From Octopus sinensis (lineage: Eukaryota), in contig NC_043001.1 in NCBI RefSeq assembly GCF_006345805.1, positions 104,408,001-104,472,000 on the forward strand: 64,000 nucleotides of DNA, read 5' to 3'. Within the stretch, counting starts at the first letter, position 1; each line of letters starts with the position of its first letter. This document shows, one piece after another, positions 13,675-28,600 of the stretch. The notes beneath the pieces are model-generated. The model ran no database searches and was not told the DNA's origin. It was given only the letters and a program-made list of their open reading frames with translations. The translations under genes were made by a program, and so were the position numbers.

Positions 13675-16600
13675 TATATATTTATAGTAAGAGGAGGGAT
13701 ATAATATCCAGGCAGATACAGAATTTCTCTATGTAAAATGCCAATGCTTGTTCCTTCAGATGATGTGTTTTATAGTAAATTTCCTTTAATTCCCATCCGA
13801 TGTTACAGTTTTGTCCTAGCTACATAGAATGTAAAGTACAGTATTGATAACAAGGAGAATGAAGAATTTGGACATTCAAACTTTATGTTTATTTACAGTT
13901 GGTTTACTTGTGATAATTGTCCAATGTGATTTAATTGCATTAATTGCATATTTATATGCAGCGATTTATGCATTATTAGTATGATCTCTTCAGGATATAT
14001 AAATATGACATTGTTCAAAGAGGAATTTTCCTCTGTTATTAGTCTGAATTAGGTTTGGTAACAGTAGTAGTAAACCATGACATTTATTCAATGAGTTGTT
14101 ATTCATAACTGATTGTTTGGGTAAAATTCGGCAGCACCAGCAGCAGTGTTTGTTGAAGGTGGCAAATTTTCTTGGGCCATTGGGGAGTGGTTATTTATAG
14201 AATACTTTTCTTTTGCCCCATCTCCATTTCTTATACCTTAATCTTCATTTGCTAGCACATGCCCCTCTTCTTAGTTTTCATAGGCATTTCTAGATGCACA
14301 GTGACCTAACTGGTGCCAATGGCATGGAAAAGTACCCAGTATAACACTGTGATGTGGTTGATGTTAGGAAAGGCATCTAGCGATAGAAATAATTCACAAA
14401 GCAGACACTGGAGTATGATATAGTTCTTCATCCCATTGGATCCTATCAAACTGCCCAGACCATGCCAGCATGAAATATGAACATCGAAAAGATGATGATG
14501 ATAAAATACATATATACATATGCTGATCTCTAATTGTGAATGGAACCTGCAGAAGAAGTAGACTCAGGAAGACATGGGATGAGGTGGTGAAGTATGATCT
14601 TCAAATGCTGGGCCTCACAGAGGCAATGGCAAGTGACTGAGACCTTTGACAATATGCCGTGCTTGAGAAAATCCATCAAACCAAGTGAAATTATAGTCAT
14701 AGCTGATGCTGGTATCACATAAATGGCACCCATTTTGGTGACATGTAAAAAGGACCCTTGGAATGTTGGGCCCCATGGAGAAGATGACAAGTAACTGAGA
14801 TTGTTGGTAATATGCCATGCTTGAAAAGACTCATCGAGTCAAGTGAAATTGTAGTTGTGGACAGTGCCGGTGTCACTTAAATGGCATGTGAAAAGCACCC
14901 ATTACACAGTTGAAGTGGTTGGCGTTAGGAAGAACATCCAGCCATAGAAACCATTCTATATCAAACAGGAACTTTGTGCAGTTCTCTGGTTTATCAGTTT
15001 CAGTCAAACCATCTAACCCATGCCAACATGGAAAGCAGACACTAAATGATGATGATGATGATGATACACACATATACACAGCAGCACCGGCGACAGCAGT
15101 ACCACCACCATCATCATCATCATCATCAAAATTGTTTTACCATCCACTTTTCCATGCTATTTAAAGTTAACTTTCTCTCTTTGGGTTATTATCCCCTGCT
15201 TCTGGTCAGGATATATATATACCTAAAAGGCTTCAGCCTACTAAAATAAATAAATTAATAAGATGTTTATTAAAAGCTGCATAACTAGGACTTACTGAAG
15301 TTGAAATATTGAATATATATCTCTAGTATAGACAATCAGGGCTTCTCTAAATATTTTTAGCACATAAATACTTAAATCATAATCACATTCATACAGTTTC
15401 CTCATCTAATTGAAACCACTACCAAACCTGAACAAGACATAATAAAATTACTTACTCATTATCTTCTCTGTGATATTTTGGAAGACTATAAAGTTTGTCT
15501 GAAAACTCTCTATAACCCTGCAAATATTCAAAATGAAAGCATATCTTTAGACTTTTATAATAAACTGAAACACTCAGTAACAGGACAAAAATCCCGTTCT
15601 TGAGAGACTTTGTTGCATGCAATCAAGCCTTATGCATAGCACTTACAGAAACGCACCTGAAACCGGACATAGCAGATGCAGAATTACACATACCACAGTA
15701 TGTTGTACTACGGACCGACAGAAAAGAAAGGAGTCATGGAGGAGTTGCTATGTACATCCGTGAGGACCTCACACCCCAGGTCCTTTTGTCATACTCAAAC
15801 TCGGTGTGTGGCACACTAATTGTACATATTAGGCAACTTGATGTAGTTGTGTGTGCTACATATCGCCCTCCAGATGCCCCAAGCCATGTAGGCAAGTTTG
15901 AAGACTGCCTTATAAAAATAGAAGAAGTTCTAATCACATTAGAACAACACATAAGTGTACTTCTTATGGGAGACTTCAATCTACCCAATGTCAGATGGCC
16001 CGAGGGCCTTTCTCTCCCAGGAATGACAAGATGTGAACGAGGACAGGCGAGGTCCCTCCTGAACCTCATCAACACCCTGTACATGGAGCAAGTAATACTC
16101 CAACCAACCAGGGCAGGTAACACACTGGATCTCTGCTTCACAAATAATATGGATCTCATCCATAATGTGAAAATGACACCGACACTACTCTCGGATCACA
16201 ACATGGTAGAGCTGACCATGTACGGGCCAAAGGAAAGCATGGACATGCAGCCTACAAGAAACCCTCAGAATCTTTCCAGCTTGAACTTCCATAAGGCAAA
16301 CTGGAAACAAATTGAGAAAGAGATCCTCAAACAAAACTGGCCTGAATGTCTCTCTTCGCCAGACATCGATGTGAAACTTCAACAATTCATGTCTGTAATG
16401 CAAGCCATATGCTACAAATGTGTCCCAGAGAGAAAGGCCACTGTACACAAGAACAAAATCCTCAGAGAGAGGAAAATTTTAATGAGACGGCGTACAAAAT
16501 TTTCAAATCACCTAAACAAACAAATTGAAAGCAGTGAAAAGTCCCGCCTGAAAATAAAACTGTTGGAAATTGAAAAATGTCTGCAACTCTCCCATGAAAA

Positions 16601-19600
16601 GGAAAGAGCAGACAAAGAAGCCTGGGCTATAGACAACATAAAATCTAACCCCAGAGCTTTCTACAGGTATGCCAAAGAAACAACTACGGTGCACTGTAGG
16701 ATAGGGCCACTCCTTGAAAAGGATGGCACACTCACAGGGAAACCAATGAGGGTAAGTGAAATACTGAATGAGCAATTCAAGAGTGTTTTCACTCCACCCC
16801 TTGGGCATTTCCAAATCACCAATCCAACTGACTTCTTTACCACTGCAGATATAAAATCAGAGGCGGCGACAATAAATTACATCGATATAAAGGAAGACGA
16901 TGTAATAAAGGCTATAGATGAAATGAAAACAGACTCAGCTACTGGCCCCGATGGATTCCCGGCAATCCTCCTAAAAGTATGTAAGAGAGTCCTAGCAAGA
17001 CCACTGCAGTTCCTCTTTCAGAGCTTCCTTGCAGCTGGCAAACTTCCAAGAAAACTGAAGGAAGGTAAAATATGCCTTATTCATAAAGGAGGTAGCAGAG
17101 CGGAGGCCAAGAACTACAGACCTATCTCTCTGACCTCACACATCAGCAAGGTCATGGAACGAATAGTCAGAAGGAAACTGATCACCTTCCTTGAAGAAAA
17201 TGACTTGCTGCCCGGCACCCAACATGGTTTCCGACCAGGGAGAAGCTGCTTAACTCAGCTCCTACAACACTATGACTGGGTGCTGAAATGACTGCTCAAC
17301 CACTCAAATGTGGAAGTGATATATCTCGACTTTGCAAAGGCCTTTGATAAAGTCGATCATGGAATGATATGTCACAAACTGCGTGATCTCAACATAGTTG
17401 GAAAACTGGGAGAATGGCTTCATGACTTTCTGAAAGATAGAAGTCAGGTGGTAGTAGCCAATGGGGCCACTTCCATTAACACGCAAATAGTGAGCGGTGT
17501 TCCGCAGGGCACTGTTCTGGGACCACTACTGTTCATAATGGCCCTCTCAGACATGCCCTCAGCCACGCAGAGAGCCACGATCACAAGTTATGCAGATGAT
17601 ACAAAAGTTTCACAGGTAATACAGAACCCTGAGGACACTAAACGCCTGCAATGTGAGCTAGACAAAATATACAAGTGGGCTGAAAAGAATAGCATGCAGT
17701 TCAATGCTGAAAAGTTTCAAGCTTTATACTATCAGCATGCAAAACTACATGCAATACCCAATGAATACACTGGACCCGGAGGAATTGCAATCCCAGAGGC
17801 ACAATCAGTGCGTGACCTGGGTATTTACATGAGTGATGACGCAACCTTTCGTGTACATGTTGCTAAATTGGCAATGAAATGTAGACGACTGGCAGGATAT
17901 ATTCTCAGAACCTTTAGAACAAGAGAACAAGAAACCATGATGGTCCTCTGGAGGACACTTGTCCTAAGCCACTTTGACTATTGCTCCCAGCTATGGTCAC
18001 CATCCAGTGTCAAGTTGATCACATAACTTGAGGTGATCCAACGTAGCTACACGAAGAAGATAGCCTCTATGCAGAATATAAGCTACTGGGAAAGACTCAA
18101 GAGATTAAAACTCTATTCCTTGGAGCGTAGGCGAGAAAGATATGCCATAATATACATCTGGAAGATCCTGGAGGGACTTATCCCAAACTTTGGCGTCGAG
18201 AGTTACACAAATGCCAGAACTGGGCGCCACTGTGTGGTGCCTAGGATTCCAAATTTGCCATCAAGATGTAGGACAAAATACTGTGACAGCCTGGGCTTCT
18301 GAGGCCCACAGCACTTCAATATCCTCCCGAAGAATCTAAGAGACCTGCATGGGGTGGATGCAAATGTCTTTAAAATGAAACTGGATCTCTTCTTGTCAGG
18401 TATCCCAGATGAACCAACTTCACGGCAGGAGGTGCAGATGAGGGCAGCTGCATCGAACTCTCTCATACACCAAATGGCAGTTGCTAAAAAGCATTCGTGA
18501 AGTAAAACCATGTAGCAAGACCAAATGGCGGTGCCCCAGCATGGCCACAGCTCATGGGCTGAAACTAGAATCAATCAATCAATCAATCATTTAACATATG
18601 TAGTTCTATTTTACCATGTAATTGACTCTTCAATCAAACTGGATATTGCCTCACTTCCTGAAGCAATTGGTTGTTTTGTTTCTCTACATCCACAGCAACA
18701 TCAAATTTCAGATATTTCAGGAACATTGGAATAATTCCAGAACAAATTCTTTCAACCAACTTAGGACAGTAGGAAAATTAAAGTAATCATTTCTAAACAA
18801 TGCACAAGATCACACATTTTGTAGGGGTCTAATTATTTGCAACACAGAGCTTGACTAATAAAGGAATGTGGTCTACTAATTAGGGTTTTAACTTCACAAT
18901 TATAAAGTAATGGTTTTGCTTCCTGGACCAAGAGGTACATTATGCCCCTGAGTAAAACGGTTCAGTAAATTTCTCTCTAATCTACTTAGCTGACAATATG
19001 CAACAACTGAGTGATGCTGGAGCTCTCTCTCTCAATCCAGCTATCATGTCCTCACTGTTTGGTGAAAGGTAGGATGGTTGAGGAGTTGTTTGTATTGAAT
19101 TGTCACTGCATAGACACATAAAACATTTAGTGAAAGTACAGTTTCATTCTACGAGGTCATGTTATTTTGTGTGAAATAGCCATGGGGTTATTTCGTTAAA
19201 TACTTGACTAATATATTATTTTCTGTAATCTGGTAGGATGAAAGACAAAATATTTATGTATATGTTTTTGTATTTGTATTTATCCCCCTACCATTGCTTG
19301 ACAACCAATGTTGGCATGTTTATGTCCCTGTAACTTAGCAGTTCGGCAAAGCAGACTGATAGAATAAGTACTAGGCTTACAAAGAATAAGTCCTGGGAAA
19401 GAGTAGGATGAGATATCACAAGGCATCTAATCTGTTGTTTGATCAATCCTGAACTGCTGCTATCATTATCAAATTCAAAAAGTGAAGACAAAGGCCAATA
19501 CAGCTTCACAGCAGTGTCACTACAAGCATAGCTGAGAGAAAGGAAAGAGCAGGATGAGACACCACAAGGCATCCAATCAGGACTGCTACTATTATTATCA

Positions 19601-22600
19601 AATTCCCAAAGTGAAAGGTAAATTTAACTTCACTGGTATTTGAACTCAGAATGTAGACAACCAAGACAAATACTTCAAAGTCTTCTATCCGATGCTCTAA
19701 TCACTCAGCGGATCTTTTCTGTTTGGTTTCACATTTTGAATTTTTAAAATTAAAAGATTTTCAAATGTGGTATACTGATGTAATTTTTCATGTTGAATCT
19801 GATGATGTTCTTCACTTGCTCCAGAAAGATTTTGAGGAAGGACATACCAGATAATGGTAGTCCTAGAAAACTTTTGGTCATAGGTCTGACTGATAAAACA
19901 CACCCTCTTCAGTTTTCACTTTCTCCATCACTTTTGAGTTGGCAGCAAATGGATAAGCAGACTACACAACAACTTGGCTTATTACTATTCATACAGGAAA
20001 CACTATGTCTGTGGCATTTGATAAGCTAAAATTACCCAAAATTTATTTCTTAATTTAAGGCAAAATTGAATTTCATTTCCACTACATCAACACACCAAAT
20101 GTGAATCAAGTGGAACAAAATTAAAGGAATTGAAAAGTGAAAGCCAAAGAGAAAAGACCCAAGTCAGCCAATACACTGCACAGTAAATAAATCATATCAA
20201 CTAACCGTATAATCTTTAAAGTGTTCTTCTGCAAGTTTCCTGCAAAACAAACAAACATGTATTTTCATCTCGTCATCGCAATCATAATTGTTAGTTCTAC
20301 ATCACAAGCACTGGTGCATGCATCACATAAAGAACTCAAATGCTAATGCCATGTATAAAGCAAATGGTTCAATTTGTAAAGTGGCTGGCCTTAGGGAAAG
20401 CATCCAACTGAAGAAACCATTCCAAAACAGACGTCTAGAGACTGCTGTAGCTTTCTGGCTTGCTAGCTTCTATTAAACAATCTGACCCTTAACAAAGATG
20501 TCTTATGTGGAACCAGCACAGGTGCATTTTATGTGCCACTGACACAGGTGCTTCTCACTTGGCACTGAGAAAGATTAATTTTAAATTTAGTCAGAATTTA
20601 AAACCTTTATTTTTCAATTCATTTCAATGTGAACTAGGGAAAGAAATGATCTTGAACTGAAAATTACCCCCTTATTCTGTTTTTCCCCTGTCTCTGTTCT
20701 GTGGGTGTATGGAATAGGTTTGAGCCTTTTGTCTTGCAGTTAAATACATAGAAACAAAAATAGTGTATTAAAAGTTGTGCAACCAGAACTTACTGAAGTT
20801 GAAATACTGAGCATAGATATTTCATGTTGTCTCATATCAACAATGTCATGGCTTCTCTTATTATTTCCTACATTTACACATCCTTATATTGTTATCATAT
20901 TTATACATCACAGTCTCCTCATAATTCAAAGTCAATCAAACTTAAGCAGAATGTTATGTATTCACTTACCTGGCTTTTATGCTATCAAGTGCTTTTGGAT
21001 AATCGTTCACGTCCTTTTCAAAATATTTATACACCTAAAAAAGGTTACAATAAAAGCATTTGTTGTAATTTTATAATAAAAGCAATGATTTGACATTAAT
21101 AATTCTATTTTGGACTGGTTTCAATTCTTCAATGATACAAAACATTACCTGACTCATAGAAACACTTAAAAAAAAAATTAATCCTTTTATCTATACATTC
21201 TAACTTCTAGTAAAGAGCTGAAATTATTGACTGATGGGGGATATTACCTAACTTGAGAAGTGATGCAGTAAAGGGATGTGACATAATACTACAAGGCATT
21301 TCATCTTGCACTGTCAACTGATTTTGATATTTCCTTCTTAAAAGAAGATTCTATGCAGTCACTAAAAGATAGCAGAAAATATCTCCCTTACAGCCTAAAA
21401 AAAAGAGCGTAGCTTTGTTATAAGAAGCTTGTTTAACAAACACATGGTTCCAGGTTCAATCTCGCAGCATGCCACCTTGTAGTTCTTAAAAGATATAAGA
21501 ATTCATTCATGTAGATGTTTTTTACAGTTTAAGGATTTCATGTGTTTCTTTGGTCTTTAGATTCTCATGGAAAAACAATTGGAGCTAAACAACAATAACT
21601 GTAATAGTAACAACAATAGCCACAAAAGTCACAATCAATGCTTCTGCTGGTGCTAATGCTGCTGTTGCTGCTACTGGGGGTGGAGGTGCTGGTGCTGTTA
21701 CCCTAACTATTTTAAAAAAGGAATACCCACAACAATTCACCTTAAAAGCAAAACAATACTAAATCTAAAAATGATTGTTAAGGGCTCTGGCTGGATGAGA
21801 TAAAATAGATGAGAGATAACAAGTCTGTGGTTAGGATGCTTGTCTCTTTCAACTCACATTAACAGAGGATCTACTAACTTATTTCCAACAGCTACACAAA
21901 CTCAATATCTGCCTCATACAAAATAAATAAATAGAGAACTAACCTGGTAACTTCCAAAATATAATTTTGCCAGAAATCTGTAAACGAAATAAAGAGACAC
22001 ACACCATCAGCATTAGCATCATCATAATAATAAAAAGAAAAATCATATGATTATAATTTTTTTGTGCAATTAATTTCATCTTTGGATTAGTCCTTAGGAT
22101 TCACATTAACCATATTCCTGACAATAGGATCTGGCTACATCACCAGTCTATGTACATCATTTTTGAATTGGCAAAGAAAAAAAATCTGTTTTCTTTTTTC
22201 AATCTTTTTTTTTGTTGGAATATGAAGACGATATTGCAATTGAGAGATGAAAACCATTTTAATTGACCAGTTGTGGCTATTTAAACTCTTTGGCATTTAA
22301 AAGTGTTATATCCAACCCAAATGTTCCACCTACTTTATGTTCAAAATAGCCAGATCTGTCTTCTCACACTGACCCTACAATCTCATTCTACAAAGAATCA
22401 CCTCATGAAATATGCAAAGCTCCAAGATAAACCATGAACCATTCAAAATGATGTGAATAAAGAAGCTTTACATTTGCCAGAGTAATCTCATTGCTAAACA
22501 GTTAATCAGTGTATATTTTTGTAGTATTATCATATTTAATGATGCATATTTTTATGTCCTTTTAGACTGTATTATTTTCAAAATACAACTCATAAGAATT

Positions 22601-25600
22601 TAACGATATAATTTCTCATAGATTATTTTACACACATTTGTATTAAGCCTAATATCTTAAATTTCAAACTGAGAAAGCTGAGATATATCCAGGAAATACA
22701 GGAAAACATTGATTGAATCCATCAAACGATTGAGTTTGAATTTCAAATATAGCTTAAAATAGTTTTTGTTCTTCTGCTCTCAACACTTCTTGATGATAGC
22801 AATCTGTGAAAAAATCTCAATTTTGAATTTCAAACTGAAAAAAAAAAGGGAGAAATAAATTCATTCATTCACCTAGCCATCATATCCACCCATTATATGT
22901 TGTCAGGTTAGAGTATCACATCCATAGGGTCTAATCAGAAATGACCATTACTAGACTGCCTGACTGGATTTCCAAGAATGGCCAACTGAGACAATATTTT
23001 GCTCCACCAATTGGCTTGGCTTGAAGAGTCCATCTAGTGATTCTTTCCTGCAACATTCTAATCCAGTACCAGAGATGAAACTCTTCAATGGGCAGAAGTA
23101 GAAGTTTGCCATGGAGAGACTCCCTAGCCTCCAAGCTATGTCAAGTAACATTACTCTAGACCTTTTGGTAGACTGTGGCATGAAAGGTTGCAGCAGAGGC
23201 AGTAAAAACCCCCAAGACTAAGTCATAGGAGGACTCTGAGGTTAAGCTGGACTCTGATTTTAGATTGATCAATAAAGTATTCTAGCAGAATATCTTCTCA
23301 CTTTGTAACAAGAAGCCCTCTTACACTGCTGACATTAAGAACTCAGCTGGAATTCTTCTCTCTAAAAGGAAGAGCATTCTTTGGGCTTGAAGGGAATATA
23401 TTAACGATCCTCTCAATCTGATCAGTATAAGATCTTCTGGTTGACATGAGATGCATCTAAAGCCAAAGACTAACCTCACAGAGGTAATTAAAGCACTCAA
23501 GTGGATGAAATTTCACCTGAGATGTTAAGAAAATTAAAAAGATATTCTCTGGTTGATTTGTGTATAGCAGGTGGCATGGACTCCTAAAAAGACACCAAAA
23601 CAATGGCAATTTGGGGTGATGATCCAAATTTTGTAAAAGGGAGAGAAAACTGAAGGAAACATGTTTGGACTAGGAATTCCTTGCTTTGTATATGTGTCAT
23701 TCCTTGTTTCTGTTCTGGGTTGATATAAAAACTATGAAAGTTACATGACAAGTATCCATTGTCATGGATACTTTTACTATTTTCTACATATATCTTTATA
23801 TCTGAGATGGATAAGTCAATAACAATAAACCCAGTGCTCAACTGTTACTTATTCTCTCAACCCCTAAAGACAACAGGCAAAGAATTCGAACCCAGAATGT
23901 AAAGACACACAAAATTCTACTAAGCATTATGCTTGTTGTACTAACAACTCTGCCAGCTTGTCAGAAGTGGATGTGTGGTAACTAGCTTGCTTACCAATCA
24001 CATGGTTCTTGGTTCATTCCTACTGCGTGGCACCTTGGGCAAGTGTCTTCTACTATAGCCTCAGGCCGACCAAAGGCTTGTGAGTGGATTTGGTGGACAG
24101 AAACTGAAAGAAGCTCATCGTATATGTGTGTGTATGTGTGTGTGTTTTCGTGTTTGTCCCCACCACCATCACTTGACAACCGATGATGGTGTGTTTACGT
24201 CCCAGTAACTTAGCAGTTTGGCAAAAGAGACTGATAGAATAAGTACTAGGCTTCCAAAGAATAAGTCCTGGTGGTGCTCCAGCATGGTCACAGTCAAATT
24301 ACTAAAACAAGTAAAAGAGTAAAGAGTATATCATTATATTTTAATCTCATTTATACATCAAAATCTCATTTCAATAAACTAAAAATTAAACAAAATGTAA
24401 TAAAAATATTTACTTAGCTCTTTCTTTGTCAATATTTGGAAGGCAAAACAATTCCTTCAAAAATGTTTCATATTCCTATAAATATTCAAAATGAAAGCAT
24501 ATGCTTAGACATTATAATAAACTGAATGATTTAACATCTGCAGTTCTATTTTAAACCATGTAATTGACTCTTCAATCAAACTGGATATTGACTCACTTCT
24601 TGAAGCAATTGGTTTTTTTGCTTCTCTACATCCACAGCAACATCAAATTTAAGATATTTCAGGAACATTGGAATAATTCCAGAACAAATTCTTTCAACCA
24701 ACTTAGGACTGTAGGAAAATTAAAGTAATCATTTCTAAACAATGCACAAGATCACACATTTTGTAGGGGTCTAATTATTTGCAACACAGAGCATGACTAA
24801 TAAAGGAATGTGGTCTACTATTTAGGGTTTTAACTTCACAATTATAAAGTAATGGCTTTGCTTCCTGGACCAAGAGGTACATTATGCCCCTGAGTAAAAC
24901 AGTTCAGTATATTTCCCTATAATCTACTTAGCTGACAATATGCAACACTGAGTTATCATGTCCTCACAGTTGGATGAAAGGTAGGATGGTTGAGGAGTTG
25001 TTTGTATTGAATTGTCACTGCATAGACACATAAAACACTTAGTGAAAGTATAGTTTCATGTTACCAGATTATATTATTTTGTGTGAGATAGCTATGGGGT
25101 TATTTTTGTGGGTTATTTTTTCTAAATACTTGACTAATATTTATTTTCTGAAATCAGAAAAGATGAAAGACAAAATTGACAAATGGGAGATTCAAAATCA
25201 GGCAATAATCCTCCACTTTATGAAAAGAAGTTGCAAAATATTCATTACATTTTGAATGAAAAAAAAAAAGTAAAGAGTTTTGGATATACTGGATCCTGTA
25301 GTACCTAGATATAGTGTTCCTGTAAAGGAGGAAGACAAAATACTGACAGCTTCAAAGATATTGCTCATTCAGAAATGACCTGGAACTAAGCCTTCCATAT
25401 TGAATGTGCCCATACTCAGTTCAAATATTCAAATTGTTTTATATTTACACCAACCACATCTGGCTTCTCGCACCAACCGTACAATGTCGTTCATCATCAT
25501 CATCATCTTTTAATGTCAGTTGTCCATGCTGGCATGGGTTGGACAGTTTGACCAGGTGTAGTAAGCTGAGGAGTTGCACCAGAGTCCAGTTAAATTTGGC

Positions 25601-28600
25601 ATGGTTTCTACACTTCACCACCTCATCTCATGTCTTTCTTGGTCTCACATTTCCACAGGCTTCCTCCACGGTTACAGATCAGCATCTCTTTACATATCTG
25701 TCCTCGTCCTGACACACCACATGACCATACCAGTGCTGTTGTCACTCTGCACACCATATCTGATACCTCTTATGTCCAACTTTTCTTTCAAGACACTTGC
25801 ACTCTGTCGTATATACACACTGACAATGCACATCCAATGAAGCATGCAAGCTTCATTTCTTTCAAGCCTATGCATGTCCTCAGTGGTAACAGCTCATGCT
25901 TCACTGCCATGTTGTACAAGTGTTTGCACACAAGCGTCATGCAATCTGCCTTTCACTCTGAGAGAGGGCCTTTGTTGTAAACATATTCTAAAAATAAAGA
26001 ATCCTATCTTTGAAGTCTTAAAGCTAATGCATGATTAATTCAAAACAATGTGATTAAATAAGCATCACATTTGACTGAGGAATCTGAATGCTTAAATGGT
26101 TAAACAACAATAACAAAAATAAGAAAAAATTAAATATGAGTCCCAATACAAGAAACAAAAGCTTTCTGTTTCATTAGTTTCAATATCAAAGCTGCAGTGG
26201 GTACTTCTACCAACACAACTTCAACAACTTTTTGTTGCTTTAACAAGCTTGAATACATGGGATGATACACTGAACTCACTTGCATTTTATTTCAGAAATT
26301 GCAAACATTAAACTAGTATATCAAAATCTTGTATACCGTCAAGTCTCTTCCTCTTAATGCTTCACCAAATTACCAATATTAAAAAGAGGTTTAGAAATTC
26401 AAAACAAAGTAGAGAAGCAAAATATGTTTGGAGAAGAAAATAAATCTAATCTCTAGTTCTTAACAGAAAAGGCCCATCACAGAAGGCTGCATATAATCGT
26501 TTCATTTGCTTAATTATAGCAACTAAATTGTCATCAACTATTATCTTTCAAATGGCATCAGCTTATATTAAGTTCCTCGACTTCAGACAATGATCTACTA
26601 GAAAGACAAAACTTTTATATTTTTTATAGGTTTGTCAGATGAGGCAAGTTACGATTTGGGACATTTTGGTAGCCCTGCCTCAGATTTCTAAGAATTTCAG
26701 TGTATGATGTTCAACCTGAATATCTGAAGGTAAAAAATAATCGGTGGAGAGGAACTGCTGATTTGGTCCAAATGCATGAAAGTGAGGGAAGTACCAATAA
26801 GGTCACCCAAGAACCAATCTTTTAAATATTTTGGTAGAAAACAAGAGAAATCTCAATCACGACATCTCTAGTTAGAAACACATCAGAAAGAACAGGTGAC
26901 TTAGATGAAACTGCACCTTGTTACATACTGTGATGTCACAGGTAGGCTAATGATATCATTTACCTTATTTCTTAAATGAATTAAGAGTCTTTAGAAAAAC
27001 CTTCATAGATGACAGAATGTTGAAGGTTTTTGCAGCTTTCTTTTTAACCCTTTAGCAGATTATTCAGTCAAATGCAATGGCTGTTTATCCATAATGCAGA
27101 TCCAATGTCATTAGTAGTACTGCTGCTGCTACTGACGCCAGCAACAGCAGCACTATATTAACCACAAGAATACTGCAATGACAACATACCTTGTTGTTAG
27201 TGTTATCTGTAGTTAGGTTGCTGCTCAATTTCAGACAGTATTAAGAGATTATCTTCTAAATTAATCCAAACACTGACATGAATTGAGGTACATGAAGGGA
27301 AAATGCAGAATAAATAAATAAAACACCTGCACTGGATTTGATCGTATGACCTAAGAGCATGTAATCCAATAGTTTTGTCCCACAACAATCACATTTCTAC
27401 AGGTGTATCCACTTTGGTAGTTGATAATTAAATAACACCAGATTTATTAACAAATCAGTTCTTTTTAGCTCTGTTGTAATTCTTTAGCCCAGGTCAGTCC
27501 AGATCCAGCAGACCTATTATCCAAAAGAATGTTTTTTATGACTAAACCCAATAAGGACACTTATGCAGGGCCTCCATCACTGGTAGGAAAAGGGGCGGAT
27601 GAAACCATCACTTGTTTGGTATCATCAGACCATATACCTCGAGTGAATGCTTACTACAGAAGGAATTCCACTGAATGCATCATAGGAACAGCTGATGGTA
27701 TTAGAATGGAAAACAGATCAAATTTAAAACCGAAGAACAAGTAAAGTCCATACAAAAGAGATTTCGAAGAGCTTGCTGCTGCCAAATTTCATACACAGCA
27801 TTTGGTTTGACCCCATGTTAAAGTAGAAGACTAGCTGTTGCATGTACAATGAAGCCTCCCAATGCACAGCACCTTGGACAAGTGTTTTCTACCATAGTAA
27901 TTGTTTGACCAATTCGTTGTGAATAAAATTTGGTAGATGGAAACTGTGTAGAAGACCAGCTGTTGCTTGTACATTGAAGCCTCTGTCTACAGCACAATGT
28001 TATCTAAGGAAAAGACAAAGGCCAATACAGCTTCACAGTAGTGTCACCACAAGCATGGCTGTGAGAAGGGAAAGAGCATGATGAGATACCACAAGGCATC
28101 CAGTCAGGTGTTTTAACAATCCTGGACTGCTACTATTATTATCAATTTCAAAAAGTAAAAGGTAAAATTAATTTCACTGATATTTGAACTCAGAATGTAG
28201 ACAACCAAGACAAATACTGCAAAGCCTTCTATCCGATGCTTGAATCTCTCTGCCAATATACTGCACAGTAAATAAATCATATCAACTAACCTCATGCTTT
28301 TTAAAGTGTTTCTCTACCAGCTTCCTGCAAAAGAAACAAACATATTTTCATCACATCATTGCAATCATCATTACTTCTACACCAGCTCACAAAAAGAACC
28401 ATTACAGAACTGTTATTTTATATTTGTACATTTTATTATTTTAATCTAAATCTAGAATTCATTTGAATAGGTTTAATCTCTAATTATCCCCTGGCATCAT
28501 ATTTGTGGATGTCTGTATAGTATGAAACTGAAATGTATTTAGTGTACTAAGATTTCTCTGTCAGCAAAAGCAGCCATGGTGAGTCGATGTCAGTTTTAGG

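Noticed and set aside
15288-15315. Recurrent ag|TATTTCAACTTCA|gtaagt motif on the minus strand as an extra 13-nt micro-exon (also ~1280, ~20790, ~41750)
   Set aside because: It would break the frame. The donor is mutated at ~29205 and the segment is deleted at ~59825, so it behaves as duplicated intron sequence.
20777-21093. Plus-strand ORFs repeated at 41787-42041; similar paired ORFs 28113/40661, 43926/61684, 38072/54825
   Set aside because: They recur only because the intron DNA is duplicated, and their frames are not conserved among copies. The real coding signal is on the minus strand.
21140-21175. Recurrent donor-like cag|gtaatg site with an upstream AG (16-nt candidate exon)
   Set aside because: It would break the frame and is not conserved in the paralog at ~2655; it is intron homology only.
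22920-23520. Moderately GC-richer block with a paralog at ~46640-46970, possibly coding
   Set aside because: No conserved open frame between the copies; probably a decayed transposon that I cannot classify.
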